From Clostridia bacterium (GTDB taxonomy: Bacteria > Bacillota > Clostridia > Christensenellales > UBA1242): a stretch of 64,000 nucleotides of DNA. The position numbers and the translations under genes were made by a program. The notes under the pieces are model-generated. The model saw nothing but the letters and a program-made list of their open reading frames with translations. It was not told where the DNA came from and ran no database searches. Location of the stretch: assembly GCA_017453125.1 (NCBI GenBank), contig JAFTKS010000012.1, positions 187,790 to 251,789 of the forward strand, in the 5' to 3' direction. Positions 33,962 to 45,900 of the stretch are shown piece by piece; within the stretch, counting starts at the first letter, position 1; every line of letters starts with the position of its first letter.

Positions 33962-36900
33962 TTATACATATGAATATCCTTCAGTTGCATCGAATACTCC
34001 TGCATTATAGCCCAAAATGCCTGAAATATACATAGTTTTAAAGTCATTGCCACTATTATTATTTATTTCTGTAATTGCGACAAAATTATTAAGTTCTAAT
34101 CTTTGTGCAGATCCTCCAACTAAACCTCCTATTCCTACCAAAACAGGACTTGTTTCTGAATGTACTGCAATATTTTTTAAGTCGATTGTGCCCGCACCAA
34201 TAGTATTCTCAATTGACACACCACCTTCCGCAAATCCTAATACACTACCAATATATGTATTTGCAGATGTGTATACCGTATTATATTGAATATTACCATT
34301 GGAATCTTTTACAGGATTTCCTTTTTCATCAAAAACCTGTGTAGATTTTTGAATACCCGTCTGAGTATTCTCGATAGTTAACTCACCATCAAAGAATGTA
34401 TTTTGCATCAAGTTATTTGAGTTAGTAGAAGCTCCAACAATACCACCAACCGCCAAATTAAGGGTTTGTATTCCAGTAGTATCAATTTTTGAATAACTTC
34501 CAACAACACCATTACTACCAACTGCAGAATAACCCTTGTCATAACCAATAATAGATGCAACATTGACAGCATTAATTGTAGCTGTAGCAGAAGAAGTTAC
34601 CACCACACCAGAATCTGAAGAAGCAATATAATCATTTACCTTTGAACCAGATGACTGTCCAATGACATTTGCAATATTTACTTTCTCAATACTATAATTT
34701 GCCTGATATTCAATATTTATCTTTTTGTTTTCAATCTGTTGTTCTACAACATTACCAACAATATTAGAATTTTTAGCATAACCAAACATACCGCCAATAT
34801 TTCGAGTGTATGCCTTGATTATTTTGTCACCATCAACTTCATTCGACTCATTGTCAACTATTGATATTGTTCCCAAATCCATAGCACTAATATGGAATTT
34901 ACTATTATTCAATGCACCAGCAACACCACCAAAGTTCATTGTTTCTGCCGAATTGGTAAAGAGTGTACCATTTACAGCAATATCAACAGCACAAGAATCA
35001 AATGTTGTTGAGTTCATTTGTCCAGCAAATATACCAAAGTTTTCTATTTTTTCGTTTTCAATTATAACAACTCCTAGAACACTAATATCAAACTCAGAAT
35101 TAATCAATGTTGAATTATTGATAGAACCAAATAACACGCCAACATTTTTTGCTTTAAACACCTTATCTGTTAACTTACAATCAGCTATAAACGATGAATC
35201 CAAAGCTATTGTAAATTTACAATCATTGATATATACGCTCTCGAGAGTATTGGCAAGAATACCATAACTCTCCATATCAATTTTTGCATTAGTGAAATCA
35301 GTTTTGTTAACCTGAATATCAAAATCTATACTTTGTAACAATGCACCTGTGAACATATTGAATATTGTTGCAACACTCGAACCATCGTTAAGAGTAATTG
35401 TGATTTTTGGTTTTTGTATTCCTTCTTGCGACTCATCAGTATCAACACCAACAAACGATGCTTTAACCCCACCAAAATACTCAATATATTTTGAAGTTGA
35501 TGAGATATCCAAAGAAATATTTTTGTTTATTCTGAACACTTGACCTGCCACACCATTCATAAATGCGTGACTCAAAGACTCTGCAGAATCTATATTTTGA
35601 ACAGCCTTGTCAATATCTGTTGAATATGTTGGAAGCAAGTCCTCCACATCCCAAATATTAATAGTATTTCCGTCAGCATTTACGGCTGCAGATATTACAA
35701 ATTGACCAGAATCTCCACTTGCTGTTTTGAATCTATCCCCTACATTATATCCAGATGTAAATATATTTCTTGTAGTAATACTATTAACACCATCAATTTT
35801 GTATGCACTACCCAAAATTTGTTCTACATATTCTTGAGCAGTAAATGTTTGTGCATATGAGAATCTATCCAAATAATCTGAATTATTTGTAGTTGTTGTT
35901 TTCATTTCATAAACATTCAATCTATCCTCATCAACACCATTTGTGGCAGAATATGCAATTCTATAACTATAAGACTTAAGTGAAGTTTCTCCACTATCAG
36001 AAATATCTATTAGTTGTTTGAAATAATCGTCATATCTTTTGCCACTTTCGATAGAACCTTCAGAAGAATCAATAACACCCAATGTTGTACTAAATACATT
36101 CTTGGTTGCTGAAGAATACAAATCTGTTAGTATATCTTGATTTGCAAATACTTGATAATTTGGAGTTGAAACATCTCCATCATAAAATTTGTTGTATCCA
36201 CTCTTTAACAAAGCCTTTCCAATAACAGAACCAATATAGTATTTGTTGTGAGTATTTCTATATCTTGTCTCTGCGTCTGTAACACTTAAAAGTACTTTAG
36301 TTGTGTCATTTTCAGTTTTTGTAATATCTTCCTTGAATTGAATTTGTGCATTTCCAACTTCTGGAAGTTTGAAATAATAATTATAGTACGCTTCCCCATT
36401 GGAATAAAGGAATTTGGTATTATTATACAAACGAATTGTTACCTCATTTCTAAAGTTCAATTCAGACGAATCATTCCAATTTGCTAGAGAAACAACATTG
36501 TCCATAAATAATCTATTTGTTATTTGATTTGAACCATAATCATTTACTTGGAATCCAATAATACCACCAATTATATCTTGAGCAAAAACGGTTCCTGTAT
36601 GATATACAAAACCAAGATAGTTATTTCCTCTCGAATATCCAACTATTCCACCAGCAACGAAAGCCAATTCTTTTGTTACATTAATTTTTGCATAACTATC
36701 TATAATTACACCATTTTCACTATATCCAGCAATACCGCCAATAGAAACAGTATAGAATGTACCCTGATCAGAATCCAAGTCAAACAAGAAATAATCACCA
36801 TTTGTTGTTTTGTTGCCAACAATTGTACTATCATATTCTGCTTGTTCTTCATCGCTATAGGCAATAGTACATTGCTCCAATATTCCGTGGTGTTCACCAA

Positions 36901-39900
36901 CAATTCCACCACTATTATTTGATGCCTTCAACAATTGTCCTTGTGATACTATGAACTTTGAATTTTTAATTAGAGTATTCTCACCAATGTATCCAAACAA
37001 TCCTCCTGCATTCTCAGCAGTAGAAATATAGATTTCCCCTTGAACTACAATATTGTTAATAGTAGATTCATCGGTTTTTGTTCTATAGTTCTCATACGCC
37101 GATTGCTCCATTGTAACTTCCCTATTGTAGTTATTTGCCACAATAACGCCTGCTACACCGCCAACGTAAGAAACTTTGTTCTCATACCCCTTGCCTTGCT
37201 CTACACCATTTAATCCTGTAATTAATGTCTTTTTATTACTAGAATCGTACAACGAGTTAAATGAATACCCATTCTCACTTTGCACACCATCTTCTAGCAA
37301 TGAGAAACTATTCAAGAAGTATTCTGACATATCTTCACTCATTGCAGTAATACTTCCGCCTAAGCTATTATGAACAGCGGCAATATGAACGTCTTTGATA
37401 TCAACGTCATTAATAGTTAATGGAGAACCATTTGTAGAATAAACGAGTCCTGCAAGACCACCAACCATATATGCTGCGAAAATATTATTATTTCCGCCAT
37501 CAATATCAACATTGACAATATTTGCATTAACAATTGTTCCTGCTAGTATTCCTGCCCTTTCTGTCTTATCACCGCCACTACTATACGACGCAACAGAAAT
37601 ATTTAAGTTCTTGACTACAGCATTTGAAGATGTATTCTCGTGACCAATTTGCGCAAACAAGCCAAAGTTCTTGAGTCCGTTTGTATCGGTTTCGATATTA
37701 AGGTTTGTAAATGACATTCCGTTTCCATCTAATACACCACAGAACGAAATCATATATAGATAAGTTTTGTTATACACATTTGCAGTTGATTCATCAGTGA
37801 AATCCAAATTATTTACAATTCTTACAAATCTAGTAGAATCCTCACCAGACCTATAACCAAATGCCATATTATATGGATTTCCATCATAAGAATATGAATT
37901 ATCTATAATATATTTAGCAAAGTTTTCTGCTTTTTCAACAATCAAAGGATTTTGTTTTGTTCCTAAGTATGCTCTATTATCATACTCATAATCATACCTT
38001 ACTCCAGTCTGACCATCAACATCTCTTTGAATATTAGTTAATTTTCTGAACGAAATTGTATCAGTAAGGGTTGTTGCAAGTTTTGGCATTCCGCCTTCTT
38101 CAACACTCCAAATTCCACCCTCAGTTTTTCCAAATACGAATGAGAAACCTTTCCAAGTAATTGTTTGATCAAAAGGATTAGTTTTGCTATCTATTGCAAC
38201 AGCCTTTTCATTAATATTTGCAAACTCACCATTTTCTGTGTTGATTGTATAATAACAATTATTGTATGTTCCTTCGTTTTGAACTACATCATCAATAATA
38301 CCTGTAAATTGACCGGTTGTCGAAGTAATTTTAGCAAGTGTGGTTACATAAGAATTTGATACAACTGCTGCAGATGTATTCTTGAACACAAATCCACCCA
38401 AGAACGAACTTAATGTTTGAAGACTTGCATTTACGTACGAATTTTCTATTTTTGCATTATTTTCATATACAAGTCCACCAACACATCCCGTACTTTCAAT
38501 TCTAAATTCATCATCATAAGCCTTGCCATCAGCATTGAATTTGACAGATTCAACAAAAGTACTAGTCATCAATCCCGATTTATTATATGTTACAAGACCT
38601 GCTGTCGCTGAATTTTCAACCTTAGGATATGGATTATATACACCCATACCTTTATTATAAACATTACTGATTGTTCCTTCGTTAGTACAAGCAATTCCGC
38701 CTATATTTGTTCCTCCAGCAAGCACGAATGGATAAATACGAGTTTCTTGTAATTCATCATATTCGTTATTTTGCTCGCCACTCTTGTCTGAAACATTTAC
38801 ATTTGTAATATAGTATTCGCCATTATCTTCGTTGGAAATATTGACACCAACAAATGAATTTGTAATTGCTCCAGTAACAGAATTCACACCAACAATTCCG
38901 CCAATATTGGATACATACAAATTATCACCTTCAAACCCTAAAGTAGTTTGTATATGCAAATACTTGTTTGTGCTAACCGATTTGTCAGACGTATCTTTTG
39001 TAGAAATAATTTTTGCATTTGTAATTGCTCCATTATTTTTACCTGCAAGAATACCGAAGTTTACACCATTTGAATAACCCAAATCAACGCCTTCCGTCTT
39101 ATAAACATAAGAATTTTTCGTAGACGCTTTCATATATGAAATATTATCAGACATTTTCAATTCACTAATAAGCAAATCAGAAACATCAATAGTAATATTT
39201 TTTAATAATGTATTTTCACTGATTTCTGAGAAAATACCTACATTTTGATTTGTTTTTCCCCTAAAGCCAGACAAATCAAAACTTTGAATTTTAATCACAT
39301 AACCATTACCATCAAGAGAACTAAATAGTGCTTTTTGAGGTACCCAATTAACAAGAGTTATATCGTTAAGAAGAATATAATTACCATCAACACCACAATA
39401 CTTTAACAACTGAGCTTGATCCTCAATTGGAGTTGGGTGATCATATGTAGAGTTATCCTTTACAACAATTTGTAGGTTTTTGATTATTGTATATACAACT
39501 TTAGCATTGTTACCAATTGAGAACTTTCCATCTTCGTAACAATAATCAACATCCAACTGGATTCGTGTAGAATCTCCAATAGCAGAACCTTTGACCTCAT
39601 AGAAGAAATATTTGATATTATCTACTTGTTTCACATCTTGAGAAAGAGTTATGCCATCATACACGCCATTTGACATCTTCTCATAAATAGGTTGATTGTC
39701 ATCATCTACACCTACTCTATAATATAGATGATTTGCATCATACGAGTAAGTTACGTTTTCAACGTTTCCGTCAACTACTTTGTTAGCAGTTACAGCAGTT
39801 CCAGCCATTCCATACTGAGCAGCAATAACCGCACCCATCAAGCCATTCTTTGTATCTTCAACGTATAATGACTTAACATAATCTGCAATCTCAACACTAT

Positions 39901-42900
39901 CACCAATAACAACATCTTTGATTTTAATCATTGGCGACTCTTCTGACGAAGTATCAAGTCTAGAAGATGCACCGTGAGGAATTACAATAACACCATCTAC
40001 AGCTCCAGCAAATAAAACATCTTCAACCTCAAAGTCTACAGTATCGAAAAGTAACTCACAAGTAGTCTTTTCAACAACACCCATAATAATGTCTGTAGCT
40101 GTAAAAGTAATACTAAATTCAGAACCGACTGCTGTCGCTACATCTTGACACAAATAATATGTCTTTTTGTTTTGACTATCTTTTAAATCATCTATATCTA
40201 TGTAATTTACTTTTTGTCCGGTCTCATCTGCAATGTATACATAATCAATAGTTTTATCCGAATTCTGAGTTGGTTGACCATTTAAGATTTCGGTTATTCT
40301 AAACTGAATATCCTGGGCAAGATTTTTGTTATATGTTATATTCAATGCCTTTCTAACACCTTTGCCCATAATGGTTTTTTGTTCGCCATCAAGGGTAACT
40401 TTGATATCAGGCAATTCTGCAATAGTAAGTTGACAGTCATAATAAACATCTTGCTTAACAACCTTATTTGAACTATCTACCATATATGAATTGATTGTCA
40501 TATTAAGTGTTGATAAACTAATACCTTTCTCTACGTATACTTTTACAAAATATGTATTATTAAAATAGTTTTCTGTACTATAGTTAATACTTTGTTTTGC
40601 AAGTCTTAAGCCGTAGACATTATCTGTATCAATAATATCATAGGATACAACCTCAGAATATCCCAATATATTATCAGACGCTTCAAGACCTGCAATAACT
40701 GCCTCTAATTGAGTCAATGTTACATAATCTTTGTACTGCTTATTGAGAGTAATTGTTATATAACTGCTATTATTAAATTCTTCATCAAGTGTAATTTTAA
40801 GAAGTCCTGCTCTACCCGGTACAACGAACGAACTTTCATTCTCTTCTGGATATTCAATATCTGTTCCATTGTTTGTCAATGCATTTTCGCCACTTGTATA
40901 GAAATTAACGAAAATTTCTTCAATTGTTTTTGGAACAATTTTTACAACAATGGCAGAAGACTTCGTTGAATTTGTTTCGGCAACAAACTGAACATTGAAT
41001 GAAGTTGTATTCAAGTCAAACATATTAGCGTGCCTTCTGTAATATTCGCCATCAAAGCTAACAACTCCATCTATAGAAATCTTATATGTATTTAGTCGTG
41101 ACTGAGCATCTATATTTGTTTTAGTAATATATATATTATCAAATATTATATTAATAAGCGCATAATCAAATTCATAAGTGATATTACTACACTCGTAAAT
41201 ACCATTGTCAGCATCTATAACATCACATATAAATTCTTTGCCTCTTAGAGATAATCTAGACGAATATTTGTTTCCATTAATCTTTACATAAATGTCTTCA
41301 AGAATTGTAATTTTTGCAGTACCATTGTTTAAATCTTCTATTAAAATATTGGCTGTTTCTAGAATCACACCGAATGGAACGGTATTGAGAGCATCAATCT
41401 CAACGACCGTTTTTGTTACTTCCATTCCTCTCGCTCTAGCCCTTACTTCAAATGAATAAACCTTCTGCAAATCGTCTAATACAAACACATTATTGTCAAA
41501 TTCGTATTCGACACCTGAATCTACTACTGAAGTATAAGTATCTTCATACTCATTATCATCAAGTAATAAATATGGAGTAATTGCAAATTTTACATATCCA
41601 TGAGAAATGCCTGAAAGTTGGAAATCCCTTGAATCTATTTGGATAATGTTGTTGTAAGCAACTTCACTATCATAAATGAATTCTTGGTCACCAATTTTGA
41701 ACACACCATTTTGTCTAGCAGGTTCAAGAACGTTTCCGTCGCCATCTACAACCGCACTCTTAGTAGCGTCAAGTAGCTCTATAATTATTCCAAAATGAGA
41801 ATTTGCAATGTACTTACTACCATACACACCATTAACAAGTTTCTTATCATTTAATCCCAATATTGTGTATTTAGTTTTCTCATCAATGAATATATCATAT
41901 AAAGTTTCGTTATTTACCATTGAATCTGTATTCGAATCTTCTAATATTGTTACTTTATTAGACCCCTCGTTATCCATAACAACATTAAAGTCATCAAGAC
42001 CATCGACAACTACAATCGATATAGTTGTTTTTACTGACTTTGACACATAGCTTCTAATTGTAAGTGTTGCAAGGCCTGGTGCAACAGGATAAACTCTATT
42101 TCCAACAATTTTAATAACCTGTCCATTTGAGCCCTCAATGTATTCTAGTCTATCTCCTGCCCCACCTTTTAGTATAGAAGAATACACAGAGTCATCACCA
42201 AGTGCGCCATTTAATTTTAAATGGAAGTGAGGTACAGGCTCATTTGTGATTGACATTTGATAGAAATTCGAATCATTTTGACCAGTAAGTGATCTTTTCA
42301 AATACATCAATACTTGAACATATGTGACCTCTTCATTTGAGTCATTAAGTTTTGTATAAGATATATTATATAAATCATCTTTTGGATTAATAGTAACACT
42401 AATGGATTCTGGAACAATGTCATACATTGCAACACCATCTTTAAGAATCAACGGATAAGCAATATTGATTTGAGACTCTCCAGTTCCAATAGTTATAGTA
42501 TTGAAATCTGAATGAATAAACCAATCAAATGAATTAATGCTTGCTGTTCCACTAGTAATATTAAAGCCCTTTTCATTGAAGACATTCTCAACAGTTGTGA
42601 TAGTTGATGTGTCATAAATATACTGATATCCGGCATTTGCAACATAAGTTTTATCGCTATTTACAACCGCATAAGATTGAGTAACTCCACTTATATTATA
42701 TTTTCCATCATTATACTTAGCACCATCTATTGTCCACATTCCATCAGCAACATCATTTTGAACATCTACCAATTTAAATGAATCAACATAAATTCCTGAA
42801 TTTGCTTGAGTTTCTTTAAATGAATGATTGATTAAATAACCAATACCATAAGAATTCGAGATATTAATAGTTTTTGAATTATCAAGAAGTCCAACAATCA

Positions 42901-45900
42901 TACCTTTGTTCATAACATCACTAGCAATTATATCTGCATCAAAGTATGATTTGTAAATTGTTACACCGCTAATATTTTTTCCAACAAGACCTCCAACAAC
43001 GCCCGAATTTGCAAGAATATATATATTTCCACGATAAGAATTAATCTTCTCATCAGAAATTTTGGCATTGTAGAAGTTTCTAATATAACTATAAGAAATT
43101 GTTCCTCCAGCATTTTCAAGACCAACAAGACCTCCAAACAACACTTGAGAACTTACTGCCGATACAAACACATTTGCTTTCTGTGTCCAAGAATAACCTT
43201 CACCTATATCAACAAAATGCATTGATACATTGTTCAAAGCATATCCTTGAGTATCATTGGTTGAACCAAGAACTCCACCTATGATTAAGTCGTCACCATT
43301 GTCAATATTTTCATTTATGTTCACAACTATTTTAGGACTAACAACTATTGAATTCAATTCGACCGTACCATTAGCCAATACTGAACCCACAACTCCACCA
43401 ATTGTTGCTCTTACTGTAGAAGTAATTAATGACACAACCTCAGAGTCTAATATTCTTGAATTGTTGATTGTTCCAACCAATCCACCAATTATATTATTCG
43501 AAACAGAACTTATCTCGGTTTCGCCAACATTATTTTTTCCAGCAATATCAATTGATACATTTGCGTTTTCTGGACTAATAGATATACCTGCCTTATATTT
43601 ACCTGGCACTCCACTAATTATAGTATTATTTGTTGCATAACCAATCATTCCACCAACAGAAATATCAGCATTTCCATCGTTTCTAATCACATTAATATTT
43701 CCAGCAACAGAACAATTATAAATTTTTGCCCCAGCACTCTTTCCAACCAACAAGCCCACATTAACATTTGGTACAGACTCGTCAATATTAACAACTACAT
43801 TGAAACCTTCTATGGTAATATTGCTAAATAATGCGTAATCGTCTACATAATCAAATAATCCAAAATGTACATCTTGTGCGTTTCCTGTAATGTTTTTATT
43901 TACATTGAGATTATAAATTGTGTTGTAGGTTACAATTTCTTGATTATTCTTAACAAACGAATGTGCTCCACTAAGAGAGAAAGTTTTCAACTTATCTTTA
44001 GCATTATCTTTTGACACAACAAGTCCAAGGACTTCCGATTCGTGACCAGACAAATTCAAATCTCTTGTCAAGACATAATGGAAATAATTTCCAGAATTAA
44101 CGTCAGATACCAATTCTTTGTAATCTGTTACGTTTCTTATTTCGAAAGGACTATTTTCAGAACCATCTGCCGTTGTGATTCTAAACGACCTTAGCAAATT
44201 CGTAGAACTGCTATACAAATCGTACACATCATAATTATTAACTTTTTTTGCTGTCGAAATATTATCTTTTGTTGTCACAACAACGTTCATTGTCTTATTT
44301 ATATTAGACACTGATGCATCTGGAGTAACTATAATGCGCCCACTATTTTTTGTAGTACTTGCTTTAATAGAAATATCATAAACAGACTTTTGATATTCTA
44401 AGAGTTCCTGTTTACCATTGATAGTCTCATAATAACCTATAAACAAATCTTTGTTAACTGCCAAGTCATTATCAATTGTATATTCAATTACATAATTTTC
44501 TTTATCAATTGTAGAATTTCTGGACTCAAAATACACACCATCTTCTTCTACGTCTAGACTAATTTCTCCAACTCTTTCTGCAAAGAAGGAACTGATTTTT
44601 ACAGAATTTATGTTTTGAAGTTTATCAAATTGATTGATGTAAATATTAATTACAAATTCAATCTTGTTTCTATAGATGATATTTCTTAGTGCAGAATTGA
44701 TTTGATCTGTACTGGTTGCGTCACCATATTTTTGCAACCATCCCAATAGTGTCTCATCACTATCATCAGCTATTAATCTATTGTTCACAATACATACGCA
44801 TTGCTCATTTTTTGCATCAACTTCAAATAAGTCTCTATAATAAACATATCTAGGCTCCACAGACGCATCTGTTGATGAGAAATAAATTGGATTACCATTT
44901 TCATCTACAATCTTTTCATTCAACTGAGTCTCATAATCAAACATTAATTCTACAGGAGACCAATTACCTTCTGACACTGTATTCCATTCAGCACCTAGAT
45001 CATTTCTATTTGGAAGGAATGTAGACATTATGGTATGCATTGAAAGATCTTTACTATAATGTCCAAGAGAACGTTCTAGATACATATCAACAGCTTTTGG
45101 AGATGTAACCTCTACACCTTCTAGCGGTTCATAAATAAACAAATTAATAGTATGCTCTTTAACAAAATAGTCTTTTACATATCTACCACTCTCATCCATC
45201 GTTTCATATGGTGCAACATAAGATATATCAACCTTGATTGGTTGCATTTTCTCAGTGATTTCAGAGAATGTAGTTATAATTCCTTTACTATAAGAAGCAT
45301 AATATGGATTACTAATTCGAACGGTCACCCTGTCGGTAATATCATATTTAACAATTTCTTTTCCCGAATCGGTATTTTTAATTCTATAGTCATAGAACGA
45401 AATTGCTTGTTTGTTGTTTATGATTGTATATAAATATTTAACAGACGAATAAGAATAATCTGAAAGATTTGTTTCGTTTTCATAATAAGATGCCAACGTA
45501 TATAGTGTTGATTGTTTTCTATGATCAATCTTTTGAACACCAGTTGGATCTACAGTAGTATAGTACAAGAATCCTGAACTATACTGATCAACATCACAAC
45601 CTAGTTCTGGAGATTCTTCACCACCTTCCCCTGCAGTTGTATAAGAATAAATAGTTGGAATATATGTGCCTACCTCTACAGAATTAACAAGTCCATTTGT
45701 TGTCTGAATTGTAACATTAGTTGTACCAACCTCAGCATCTTTTAAAGGTTTTACATATAGACTAACAACATCGTTTTCTACATCGTAATAATCATAGACT
45801 TTGATCAAATTCTCATTATAGGTAATGCTACTTATACATTTTTCGTAAGATTGACCAACAGGCAAATCCCATAATTTAAAGCCGTCAAGATTTTCGTCAG

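Noticed and set aside
33962-33964. Selenocysteine/pyrrolysine or alternative genetic code
   Set aside because: The codon is TAA, which ends rpoB, ttcA and acpP normally. TGA also acts as a stop (spoIIID, yabP), so code 11 applies.
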